This document shows, one piece after another, positions 1-21,113 of a stretch of DNA of 64,000 nt. Both the position numbers and the translations under genes were made by a program. The notes beneath the pieces were generated by a model that was not told the DNA's origin, searched no databases, and saw only the letters and a program-made list of their open reading frames with translations. The stretch comes from Macrostomum lignano (taxonomy: Eukaryota). The stretch lies in contig NIVC01000981.1 in the NCBI GenBank assembly GCA_002269645.1, forward strand, positions 62,001-126,000, given 5' to 3'. How positions within the stretch are numbered: the first letter of the stretch is position 1; each line of letters opens with the position of its first letter.

Positions 1-522
1 CATTTACTACCGAAGCGATTCCGTTAGGACAAAGAATGCTGAATTCGCGTAGCCGGTCACAGCAAATCTTGACCCTGAAAAACGCTATTTTCTGCAATAT
101 TAGACAACAAAAACCGATTCTCTTTGTCTTTTTGCTGCTTCTGTGATGTCCGAAGTATAAAAGTTTTAAGATTTGTTGTGCATCCCTTAGAAAAAGATGC
201 TTTACTGTTGGGCCAGCCTCCTCGCCATCATTGGCGCGGCCAAATCTTAATTTGGAATTCAGCTTTGGGGAGGGAAATTCGAAGCCGTGAAAGCGAAGGT
301 GTGCGAGAGGCGCCTCCGGGGGGGGGGCTGGGGCAGTTTTATGGGGCTGTGCGGCACTGCAGTTTAAACGGCAATGCAAGAAGACACCCGCAAGAAGAAA
401 GGAAAATCTCCGGCAGCATCTGTGGGGACTGCGGAGAAAATTCTTTAGTGGCCTCAGATTGCCTGCCTTTAGCTCGGCTGCTGCTCCACTGATCCTGCGC
501 TTGTGTCTGTCTATGTATCTGC

Positions 523-794
<272 letters not shown>

Positions 795-1044
795 TAAATA
801 TGCTACCAACAAAATCCCGAAGTGTTTCACGAAAAGGTCGCGCACAGTGGTTGCCAGGCCGTCAAGCCACTGTTGACAAGAGAGATGAAAGCTGTGTCAG
901 AATTACAGCCTCGTCAATTGTTTTTCATTACCATCAGGGAAAGGTCGAATTTCAATAACATAAGCGAAAATCGCTATTCAAAGTTCACAGAGCCATTTCC
1001 AGTCTACAGGATAAATAAAAAACGGAACCCAACTGAAATTGCAG

Positions 1045-9758
<8,714 letters not shown>

Positions 9759-12700
9759 TGTAAATTTTAGAATTCGGCATGCATTCTAATTTCGTCTTCC
9801 TACTGGCTGCATCGCCTGTCCTCTTCATTTGCACCCGATTATAGGAAAACTATTAGCCCTGCACACTTTTACCAGCCTCATTCTGATTGGCTACCAGTTG
9901 ATGTTTTCCACCACGACCACAGGTTCCCTGCTCCACTTTCCAAAGCCAATGGTATGGTTTGATCAACTTTGATCAACTCCTTCTAAGCTTTCTGTTTGGC
10001 TCTCAGCAGTACAGAAGGTCACATCCTCAATACAACTGTGGGCCATCACCTCTGCAAATGGCTAAAATTATTTTTAAGTCTTTCATTTATTAAAGTATGC
10101 AAATTGGTTTTTATGATAATAATTAATTTAAGCTTCTGCACCTTGGCAATAAACAAAATATTCATACTTTCTTTTCGTTATCGAGCTCATCAGCCTTTTC
10201 ATATATAAATTATTATTTTGCGTATACTTCAACGACTTAATTATTAATTAGCGATCGTATTCTACAAATTGTGCAGCTCGTTTAAAAAATGCCATTCAAA
10301 ATATAAGTATATCCGATAGTCAAATGATAAAATAACTATGATTTTAAAATATCAATGCATACGGTATACAATATGAATGTATTTATTGTTTTGATTGATT
10401 ATGTTTTATTGTTTAGAGAATTTACAAGTACATGCACGTTACTATTCATTAAAATATGTTTAATTACAAAATAATCTCTAAGGACGTCGCTGAAAAATAT
10501 GCACTTTTACATTGCATGTACATCGACGGATATCGATGCCACGTTTCGTCGCTGACATGACGTCACGCCGGGATAGTAATACTATCAGCTGTACATACAG
10601 TCAAATACGCTATGGTGTCGCATAGCCTTCGATGTGCTGCCGTTATGGTAACTGTATTTTTTCTAAAAGCAACATCACCATATCACGACACATACATACG
10701 TATATGTGCAGTAAATGCAGGCATCTATTTGTTAAAACGGTTTGAAAACGTACACATTTATGTAAGAGTACATGCACTGACACGTACTGTGTATACCATG
10801 CTGGTATCAATTGATACATATATGGTACATTTACGTGTACATGCTTTTGGCTGGTGCAGGACAAGAAATACTATACAAGTACATATTGTACATTAAGTTA
10901 CAAACAATTAACCTTTCTGGTTTTGAGATCCATGCTATAGCTAAAATCTACACTACGCCCCGGTAGGCATGGCTTGTCAAATATCACAAATAAAGTTTTT
11001 ATTTACTTAAAATTATTCCATACTTCCAAAACAACCTAAAATTATTTGAAACAACTGTCTACGTCATACACTTTGTTTCCAAAAATGTACCAAGGACAAT
11101 GTTTAATTTGTTTTGTCTCATGTTTAATCTCGGCATAGATATGCGTGCGTCCGTAAATACTGTAATCTAAATGTACAACTGTAATTTTACATGTATAGCT
11201 ATAAGTTACCCGGATAATGCTATATAGATTTTGATCGCTCGCAGAAACTCAGAAGAGAGCTCAATATATTTGCATTTATAGCTAGAACCACGTCCAGAAT
11301 ACACACACATGCATTATTGCGTCCTATTTGATCTATACGCTGCCGATTCAATGCTATTTGCGCACAAGCATATAACCCAGACGCTGATAGAAATCATTGA
11401 TTTTATGTTAAGTGCGTATTGTAATTTACTATTGGGTCCATGTATCTCTCCATCTATCTCGATGAGACGGAACTCATAATAAATGTGAACGAAACTATAA
11501 CGAAAAAAATGCTAATAAAAAATAAAACAAACACTTTACTGAGAAACGTGTACTGCGTCAACTTCTACATTTGATGTGTGAGAATTATTAAGTAAATATA
11601 ACATTTAGCATAATACTCTCCTGACTTCTTGCAGCAGCAGTAATTTTTTTCATTTTTTGGAAACTCTTGGTGCATTTTAATTTTTGAGACTAAACAATTT
11701 TCTTCGACGCATGATGATAGATGATATCGTCTGTTTGAGGGATGATAGTGCGAATTCTTTTAAGGTTAACCGTTTTTGTTCAATGACGATATATGATGGA
11801 CGTATTGTTGTACTGTTGTATTATATTCGATGCAAAAATAATTATTGCTAATAAATAATTCGTAATCAAGTAAAAGACGAAGACTCGATGACTAATGTTG
11901 TATGCGGTAACGGTAACCATACATACTCCCAAAGATGCTGTTTTTAGTAGGAAATTCTCGCGTGCAGCAAGGTCCCAGGCAGTCTAGTACCGCGTGCACA
12001 GCGTGCATCGAGGAGTCGGCGAAGTTTTTTGGCGTACTTTTCGCAGCAGCACTATGTATAGCCTAAAGAAGTTAAAAATGCATGGCACCACAGTCGACAG
12101 TCACAGATTTTTGTCCTTTTTTCTGTCCTTTTAAAACATGATATGATTTAAAATACTTCAAATCTGCTTCTTCAACTCTACTTTGACAAATGGAATTTAT
12201 ATTTCTTTTAATTTTATTTTTTTCCTAAAGTAGTAGACCTAGGCCTACCTGGCCTAGTATAGTAAAATATCATGGACATTATGTAGTAATTTTAAAAATA
12301 AAACTATCAATATGTTTTTTACATTAATATAAAATTCTAGCTTATAATACTTTTTATTTATTGTTTGTAGCTTACTAACTTAAGCTTAAAATATTTTTAT
12401 TAATATAAAAATCTAATCTTATTCTTATTGATCTGTTATAGGGCCTATCATATCATGATCTATATTCCATACTCTGGATCATGTAGGCCTAGTATATGCC
12501 TGAAAATTTGGGTGTGCATTGGCCTTGCATGCCAAAAGTTTGCATGCACAGTGGGCATGCATCACTCCTAAGAAAATAGTATATGTGCATACCTGGCATG
12601 CATTTGTCTTTATACAATCACATGGAAGAGCCATAGTCCAGATCATGTTGGACTTACGCCGGAGGAAAAATCCAACATTTTGTGGCACTTACACCAGACT

Positions 12701-13049
12701 TACACCAACCAAAAAAGGTCCCTCTGACTTTTGCCACCCAAAAAAGGTCCCTCACAATTCTTGTGAATAGAATAGAAGATTTACAATTAATCAGTGATTA
12801 ATTAAATTCAGAAGTTGCAACTGTTTAAAAATCTCACAAGTTGCAAATTTTGAATCAAGAATCAAAGTAAGCATCTTGAAGCTAAAAAAACTTTTGGTAT
12901 CCTACAATAGATATTCTGCTATCTCATTTATATAAACTGCAATTTTAATGAACTTTGTTTAAATGCTGCTCTTTAACATCATAATTAACGCAAATGTGTA
13001 ATGTTCTATAGTGATAAATTTGATTGTGAATGATCTCATTTGTGCCAAC

Positions 13050-14171
13050 TGAAATAGATAGCGTTTTTCTCGGGGTGGCCTGGTAGGTCTTTGAATCCCA
13101 CCGCTGCCACCAGTGAAATAGAATGGTTTTCTCGGGGTGGCCTGGTAGGTCTTTGAATCCCACCGCTGCCACCAATGAAGTACAATGAGGTTTCTTCCCG
13201 GTTTAGGCCCTTGCGGATTACCTTCAGACTCGGGCCTCTTCAGTGGGAAGTTCTCTCAACTTTCTCAGTAGCGTAGGTAGTGCTGCCACCAGTTCCTTCA
13301 GGTCTCGGCCTTCGATGAGGTGAGCTTCCCGTCGGAACGAAACAAACAAGTCAACGAACTCAGCACAGCGTGCAGATTTGCAGATTAATGAACAAGGCGT
13401 CCTGATCAGCAGATCCCCGCCGGGCTCAGGGGTGACTGGGAAGGCAGTGTTAGCCTCCCTTAGGCTTGGGCTTTAGTGGGGTCTCAGTCAGACCAGTACA
13501 AACGGATTCAGTACGCAAAGGGCACTTAGTTAGACACTGACGCACACGGGTTCTTAGTGAATTCTCCGCAGATAAGAAGCCAAAATCCTTGACGGAAACA
13601 AGGGGAGAGGGGTCCTATTTATAGCCGGGAAACACCCACGCACAAGACCTCGTGACTTGTTCTATTTTTAGAACTGACGTCACTTGAGGTCTCGAGGCAG
13701 GGTCTCAGTGCGCGCAAGACCTCGTGACTCGTTCTATTTTTAGAACTGACGTCACTTGAGGTCTCCGGCCAGAGTACACGCGGCTGTGACTCAGTTGCTA
13801 TTTTTAGCAACATGAGTCACTCCTCTCCTTAGAGAAGGGAGGGTTCCGAAAGCACGTGATTCTCCCGGTAAACAGGGCCAACGAGTGCAGTAAACATGTT
13901 TACTGCACTTTAGGACTCGAAGAACGCAGAGTCTGTCATGTGACTTGCTCACATGACAGAGGAAAACGGGACGGGAACGAAACAGAGAAAGCCCACAGCA
14001 GAGAAGCTGAGGGCTGAGAACAGAGACGCAGAAGGGCAGAACAGGCCAAGGGCAGCAACAGACGGGCCAAGGGGGTGGGAAGCTGACCAGCGGCAGACAG
14101 CAACCCAGGGCGAGGGCGAGGGAGACTGCTGACAAAGTGGGACGCCTAACATCAACTAGCGGATCACTACA
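13050..14171 (-). repeat. 3' LTR (1122 bp)
   Basis: Direct repeat of 21114-22236; the only difference I noticed is G5 versus G6 near 14071/22135. Confidence 0.97.
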
Positions 14172-14702
14172 CTCTCCCCGTTCAAATGAAGAGGCGGAGT
14201 GAAAGCGAAGCGCGCTTTATTTAATAAACAAAATAGTGATTTTACTAAATAAAATTATTACAAATGCCTGGCAAAAGGATGGCAGTGTCACAAGGCATGC
14301 AAATTATTACACGGCTGGGCCAAGGTCAGGATTGTGACCCAAAATGGCGAAGCACCAATAGCACCGGTGGGTTGCCCACGCCAAGGCAGAGCCCTAGAAA
14401 ATCATAAAATCGGAGGGGCTGGCAAGTCCCTCGGGCGTACGCAGAATCAGGACCTCAGTCCAACAGCGGTTTGGGGGCGCCGGCCCGGAAAATGGGCGCC
14501 TAAATATACGGGATACCATAGACAGCCGGCAGAGCCCGTCACTGGGGAGAAGGGGGATGCAGAACTGCATCAGAGCAACAGCTCACGGGAAGATAAAAGA
14601 GTACGCATTGCGGGGGCGCTGGCCTGCTATTGAGGCGCCACATAAAGTAGAGCAGGGAAAAATCAGAGGGTGCCTGTCAGCACCAAGTCCACAGAGTCAG
14701 AG

Positions 14703-17700
14703 TTAATCGCTGCGTTGGGTTGATCGGTGCACGCAGATGCGGGCAGTGCGACTAACATACGTCTTGGCCCTAGGATTAATAATTAGCCTCTCAGGCTGCC
14801 TACGATTCCTAGCCGGCCTACCGACATCTACAGACCCTAATGACGCTTCCACCGGAGTGGTGCATAACGACGGCCCAGGGGTCTGGACCACAGAAAAAGC
14901 AGCACTGGGAGCGGGAGCAGAAACGGGCGGAAAAGAAACAGCAGGCATAGACGCATCAAGAACAGGCTTATGCAGATGACATTCACCATACGGCACTGGC
15001 TCACGCCGAAGTGCACTTGCCTGGTTCGCTGGTGTCGTGACCGGTCCACCTCCTGGCTGCACCTCCGGGATCGCCAAAGGCCGGAAGTGCCATCGGAAGG
15101 CCGGCCTTGCGTCGTAGCCGTCATCATCGTCATCGTCGGGGTCGTCCTGGTCGTCCTCGGGGATTGGCGTCAAGGTCGCGGGTCCTGCGCCGTCGGGGAC
15201 GTCGGGCGGCCGCCGGCGTTTCTTCGGTTTGTCGACTTCAGGGTCCGAAGTTCTCGTGTAGTCAGCGTCAGGCACGAGCAGAAGGTTCCGGCGATGGACG
15301 ACTAGTTCGTCTCGTCTAGCTCTCGGGTTTGGCAGTCTCCGTCGAATCTTGTAGACGACCTCGCCCTTGGGCTCGACGACTTCGTATAGGGCTTTGCGAG
15401 GTCGATGAAACTTCGCCGCCTCATCCGGTTCGAGTACCGGGTTGTTGAGGAAGACCAGATCTCCGGGTTGAAGCTTCTTGGCGACGGGCAGGTTCGAATA
15501 GTGCTCGTCTCGCAATTGCTGGTGCAGGTGCAGGCGCTCCTTGGCCAGCTCAGTCGCCTCGTCCAGGCGACGTTGGAAGTCCTTGACGTAGTCGGGCAGG
15601 TCGGCGTACTCGGGCAGCTTCTTCAGCGCGTTGTCGATCGGGAGTCGGAAATCACGGCCGAACACCAGGTAGTGAGGCGTGAAGCCGGTCACCGGGTGCA
15701 CGCTGGAGCGGAGAGCCATCAGACAGGCCGGGAGGAAGGTGTCCCAGTCGTTGTGGTTGCGCTCGAGCAGACAGGTGAGGACACTCTTCAGCTGTTTGTT
15801 GAGGTTCTCGACTTGTCCGTTGGAAGCTGGATTGTACGGTGTTGTTGTCGTATGCCGAATGCCAAACAGGTCGCAGAACTTCTTGAAGGCTGAGCCGGTG
15901 AAGTTGGTGCCTTGGTCAGTGTGGATCCAGCATGGTACACCGAACTCGGGGATGAAGCGCTCCTGCAGAAGCTTGATGACTGTTTTGGCTTTCTGGTTTC
16001 TCATCGGGTAGGCGAATGGATACTTCGACGTCGCATCGCACAAGGTCAGGATGTAGCGGTTGCCGCTCTTGCTCTTCTGCGCGATTGGTCCTACTACATC
16101 ACAGTGGATTCTACCCAGAACTTCGCAAACTGGGAAGCTCTGGACCGGAACTCTCTCTCGCCGTCGCGATTTACTTTCAAGGCAAGTGCGGCACTTACTG
16201 ATGAAGGTCTTGGTAGCACGGGCTAATCCGGGTCTCCAGAACCGTTCTCGTAGCCGCAGTAACGTCTTCGTCTCGCCGAGGTGTCCACACAGTGGCGAAC
16301 TGTGGAGCTCCTGGAGCACCTGGGCGTCAAGGGCCTCAGGCAGAACAACCTTTGGCGCTGCTGGCCATCGGACAGGTCAATCAGCAGCAGGCCGTTGTCC
16401 TCCTGCAGGTTCTCATAGTATCCGAGCAGGTTCCGCTGCTCCTTCGTCAGGCGCAACCGGGCGTCGAACTCAGGCTTCGGGGCTTCGTTCTTGACCAGGT
16501 TGAGCACGTAGCTGATGGCTCGGTCAGCGCGCTGGGCTTCAACGAACTGTTGGCGAGTCATCGGCAGCTTCAGAAAATCAGTGAGCACAGCGCGGCATGG
16601 CTGAGGGGTCCGGATTCCCGCAGTCTCCGCTTTAATGGCTCCAGGTCGATCACACGGCACCGTCTTGTCGGCGTCAGGATTAGGTCGCTCCGAGGGACTT
16701 TGTCTCGCAACGTCGGCGTACGTCCGTTGATCTCGTTTCGAAGTTCTCATCGTCGCTCTATTGACAGAAAAATCCGCAGATGGAGCAGTGCACATGCCTC
16801 CACTGCCTAGCCCAGGCGACTCTTGGCTGTAGGGCGGGACGCAACACGTGAAGCACGCCTCGTCACTGGCAGCCGTAGCCGTCGGCTCAGTCGTCGTCAA
16901 ATCTGGGTGAGTCTTCTCCTGCACTGGGCGGTGTCGCAAAGGGGGAATCGACTTTCCGCACAGGCGATGAGCAGCTGTCTGTCGGCCCGGGGGACAGAGC
17001 TTCGACCTTGCAGCTGGCGCGAGATTCTGGCCCCTGTCAACATGGCGAGAGATCTCAGCGAAAGGCTCAGAAGGGTTGTACTTAGGTTGCTGTCCTGGAG
17101 TTGCGTTGCGGGCCGTCATCAGAAGGGCTGCTGGCGCGGTGGCCTTTGAATCTTGGTCCGTGGGCGTCTCCAGATTCCGAGACCGGAAGTCTTGGGCGTC
17201 GTCAAGGAGGTCTGCTTCGGCGGTGGCCTCTAGGACTTCGTCCAGGTTGGTCTCCAGGTAACGGCAGTCGGCGTGGGCATCGCTGCAGAGGGCTGTCGTC
17301 ACAGTGGCCTCTGGGTTGTCGTCCAGGCCGATCTCCAGGCGTTGACTGCAGCGGTGGGCGTCGTGCTGGAAGGCTGCTGGCGCGGTGGCTTCCAGGTCTT
17401 CGTCCAGGTCAGTCTCGGCCTCCAGGTAGCGAGGGTGGACAGTCTTCTGGAGGGCTGCTCTGGCAGTGGCCTCGGGTGTCGCGTCCAAGTCCGTCTCCAG
17501 GAAACGTCGGCGCTCAGTCTTGGGGCTGCCGCCGGCACCGGGTTGGGCTGTAGAACCAGGTTGCTTTAGCAGTCGGCCATGCTCGAAGTTGATCGGTGGT
17601 GTCTCCGGTCTTCTTGACAGGGCGTCGGCGTTGGCGTGGTCCTTGCCTTTGCGGTGGTTAAGCTGGAAGCGGAACTCGCTAAGGCGTTCGATCCAGCGGC

Positions 17701-20022
17701 CTAAAATACCTGTGGCCTGAGTTTGGTTCAGTAACCACAGTAAGGCCCGATGATCGGATCGAACTTCAAACTTCTTGCCGATTAAGTAATGACGGAAATG
17801 TCGCATAGCGTCCAAAATTGCAAGCAGCTCTTTCTTCGTGACCGTGTAGCGCTTCTCAGGATCGCGAAGTTTACGGCTAAAGAACGCAATTGGACGTTCG
17901 ACGCCGTCGGATTGCAGTTGTCCAAGGCAAGCGCCTATTCGAATATCAGAGGCATCCGTGTCGAGGACAAACTTCACTGCAGGATCAGAATTAAACTCAG
18001 GCAGAGCGAGAACTTCAGTAGAACACAGTTTCTTCTTCAGAGTGTCGAACGCGTGCTGATGCTCAGGAGTCCAGTGCTGCCGCAGGCTGCCAATGTCCTT
18101 TCGCGTCAGGGCATGCAGCGGCGCAGCCACTCCAGCGTAGCCGTCGACAAACTTGTGGTAGTAATTGGCGAGGCCTAGGAATTGTCTCAGTTGAGTAACG
18201 GACTGTGGCACGGGCCAATCACGGATCTGCGCAATCTTGTCCTCACAGGTCTTCAGGCCGTCGGGAGTCACGACGTGACCTAAATAATGCAGCTCCTTGA
18301 GGAACAAATGACACTTCTTCGGTTTCACTTTGAGGTTGGCTGCGATGATGCGCTGGAGTACAGTTCGCAAGTTATCCAGCTGTTCCTCGAAAGTCACTGA
18401 GTGCACCACGATGTCGTCCATGTAGCCAAGTGCAGTCTTTGGCGTCAGGCCGTCCAGGAGCTTATTGATGCAACGCTGAAAGCTGCCGGGACTATCGTGG
18501 AGACCCATCGGTAGAACGTTAAAACAGAATTGGCCGCGGTCGATTACTGAGAACGCCGTCAGGTGCTGGTCGCAGTCCGCAGCGGGATCTGCCAGAATCC
18601 TTGAGCAAGGTCCAGGCTGGAATACCACTGAGCACCACGAAGCTTCGCGAAGGTTTCCTGGATGTGCGGCAGCGGATACGGGTGATACACACACCTATCG
18701 TTGAGAGCTCTGAAGTCGTGGACTAGTCGGATGTTGCCGTCCTTCTTGGGCACGATGAGCATTGGCGAATTGTAGCTCGAGTAGGCAGGGCGAATGATGT
18801 GCTTCGCCAGCATCTCGTCTAGCAGGGCGTCGAGCTTGTCCTTCAGATGAGGCGGGATTCGGCGCGGTGGTAGCGCAACTGGTGTCCGGTCCTTCAAGAT
18901 GATCTCGTGGGTCACCAGGTGAGTCAGGCCGGCGTCTAGCGAGTGCTTGGAGAAGGCCGTTTGACATTCGACTAGTAGATCTCGCACTCTTTGATGTTGT
19001 TCTTTGGACAATTCGCTGTTGATCTCGACTTCATCTAGCCATGCTGTGCTGGACTCTTCAGAGTTCTTCGGGAGATGTCGCACTTCAGGTTCTGGCGTCT
19101 CGCTCAAGTACATCAGGTCGGCAGTTCGGAGTGGCGTCGCGACACCAACACGGATACCGGCTTGCAGAAACACTTCGCTGTCAGCGGTGTTGACGACCTC
19201 AATGTAGCCGCGACCTTCAGGCATCGTCATCAGAGCAGGCGCTGCTTCCAGAGCGTTGCAGCTGGGATGCAGCCTCGACTTAACCAGCTCGACAATTGAT
19301 GGCGATCCTCGATTCTCAGGGTGGCCGTCATCCAGTCTGACGGCAAGCAACGCTGAACTTCTAGGCGGCAGGGTGCACTTCTCGGAGGTGTACACTCGGC
19401 AGTTCTGAAGCTCACGACGCGAATAGCGAACGGGGATGCACGCGCCATTGTTAAACTTCAACATTCCTTGAGCGAAGTCCAAGTTCTGGCAGTGCTCTCG
19501 CATAAATGATACGCCAAGTAAATTTTCACAATCGGAGACCGTAACGAGGAATTCGGTGTCCGCGACGACATCACCGAACTCCACCGGGATGGTCACCTTA
19601 CAAGCAAGCGGGAGCTGCGTCCCGTCATACATAGTTACGCAATCGGGAATAGCATGCGATATGATACAACGAGGCATCCGACGTCTAATAGCGGCCCAGG
19701 TTGACGAACCAAGAAAGTTTTTCCGGCTGCCGCTGTCAAGCAAGAAAGGGACCTCTCGACTCGCAACTCGACCTGTGACGTACGGATCGGCCTCACGCGC
19801 ATGGATTTTTTGATTCGGGGAGGTGTCCACGAAACCTCCGCACTCCGCGTCACTTACTGACGAGTGACTGTCGGACTGGGCATTGGCGCCTGCACAGCCG
19901 ACATCCTCTTCTTCTGGTGACCTCTCGGAGTCTGCCAAGTAGCCTGGGCTTGGACCTCGCGGAGGGCGGTGCCGTTGTCGCTCTCCGCCTGGCCGTTTCC
20001 CTGGTTCTGGCGCATCGGGCAC
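14703..20022 (-). CDS. pol: gypsy Pol polyprotein (protease, RT, RNase H, long repeat-containing tether, integrase), split by two 1-bp frameshifts
   Basis: ORF 18559-20022 has FLLDSGS (protease) and the RT N-terminus. ORF 16223-18694 has YMDD and RNase H (DTDAS...ELLAI...SDH...ADALSR). ORF 14703-16319 has the HHCC finger (H...H...CRTC) and DDE (HCDVVGP, HTDQG, QVENLN). Frameshifts at ~18579 and ~16350. Confidence 0.95.
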
Positions 20023-21023
20023 TGGGCACTGCGGTGACCGGGCTGTCCGCAGCCGTAGCAGATTGTAGTCTTCGCTGGCGAGCTGTTCTGCTGTTGGTCA
20101 CGCTGCACCAGGTGATCAAGCAGTCGCTGCTGCTTCTCGATCAAGTCGGTTAGAGTTAGCAAGGCTTGGGCGGTGACGTCGGGCTTCGGGTCGCCGTCCT
20201 GCTCCCCGTCCAACATCCTAACCGGGGGTTGAGCAGATCGCTGCGCCAATTCTTTGGCGCCTTCTAGTCGTCGTAGCTCTCGAATCGCAGCAAGAAGATT
20301 GTTCGGGCGAACCCAGTACAACCGTTCGCGCAGGTCTGGAGTCGTCCGGATACCAGCAAGGAATTGATCAGCAATCTCCTTCTCGCGGTCTTCAGGATGC
20401 ATTCGAGGATACGCACGTTCACCAAGAGTTCTCAGGGCGTCAGCAAACTCTTCTGCTGACTCATTCTTGCCTTGTTGACGACGCCTCAACAGCTCTCTAT
20501 ACTCATCAGCACCACCATGACGGGCAAATCGCTCAATCAGACGTTGCTTGACCTCCTCGTAGCTGGCGAGACGCGGAAGATTCATACCAAGCAGGGCAGG
20601 ATACGCAGTAGCCAAATCAAGACTCGCAATGAGGTGTTGCTTCATCTCGAACGGGTCGACGATGCGCTCCATCTCGCAACGCTGCTCGAACGCGGCAAGC
20701 CAGACATGAATGTCCTGACTTGGAGTATACTTCACAATCTTAACTTGTTTACTCACAGGCCGCTCCATCTGCTGCTGCAGAGCTGCCATCATGGTCCTCT
20801 CGTCCTGGTGCGTGATGTTCCGGCCGATGTTGTCCAGGCCTTGCAGAAGCTCGTCTGGCGGGTCGTCGGACACGTCGCTTCTGGCACCTCGCCTCGGCGT
20901 CGGCTGCTGACCAAAGTCGTTGATCGCTGCTGCTGCTGCGGCGTCCGCTGCCGCAGGCCTCGAACTGCTGATGTGCTGATCCAGCCGGCTGCTGCACCGG
21001 CTCTCGTCTCGTTCGTTGAACAT
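19854..21023 (-). CDS. gag: gypsy Gag (capsid-like region + CCHC zinc knuckle)
   Basis: First ATG at 21023; CYGCGQPGHRSAQC knuckle; overlaps pol in the -1 frame. Confidence 0.93.
   Translation of the reverse strand: MFNERDESRCSSRLDQHISSSRPAAADAAAAAAINDFGQQPTPRRGARSDVSDDPPDELLQGLDNIGRNITHQDERTMMAALQQQMERPVSKQVKIVKYTPSQDIHVWLAAFEQRCEMERIVDPFEMKQHLIASLDLATAYPALLGMNLPRLASYEEVKQRLIERFARHGGADEYRELLRRRQQGKNESAEEFADALRTLGERAYPRMHPEDREKEIADQFLAGIRTTPDLRERLYWVRPNNLLAAIRELRRLEGAKELAQRSAQPPVRMLDGEQDGDPKPDVTAQALLTLTDLIEKQQRLLDHLVQRDQQQNSSPAKTTICYGCGQPGHRSAQCPMRQNQGNGQAESDNGTALREVQAQATWQTPRGHQKKRMSAVQAPMPSPTVTRQ
19959..20001 (-). promoter_or_regulatory. Programmed -1 ribosomal frameshift signal (G GGA AAC + stem-loop)
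   Basis: Heptamer GGGAAAC (19995-20001) is in the gag frame. After a 6-nt spacer comes GCGGAG-AGCG...CGCC-CTCCGC (19959-19988). pol lies in the -1 frame. Confidence 0.8.
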
Positions 21024-21094
21024 GTTGAACTCGTAGTAGTTACTGGCCGATGTCGTTCTCGAAAGAGCGGTTGGCTTGGGTGTGTCGTAGTCGG

Positions 21095-21112
21095 ATCCCA
21101 CCGCTGCCACCA
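21095..21112 (-). promoter_or_regulatory. Primer binding site complementary to the 3' end of tRNA-Leu
   Basis: TGGTGGCAGCGGTGGGAT lies 1 nt from the 5' LTR and complements ...ATCCCACCGCTGCCACCA, the conserved tRNA-Leu(AAG/TAG) 3' end. Confidence 0.88.
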
Positions 21113-21113
21113 G

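Noticed and set aside
225-360. Possible hAT MITE ending GCGGCACTG with a poly-G
   Set aside because: No matching left TIR or 8-bp TSD found.
10550-12770. AT-rich intergenic region with TGCA/GTAC-rich patches and a short direct repeat (CCAAAAAAGGTCCCTC x2)
   Set aside because: Probably decayed repeat DNA; no termini, TSD or coding signal that I can support.
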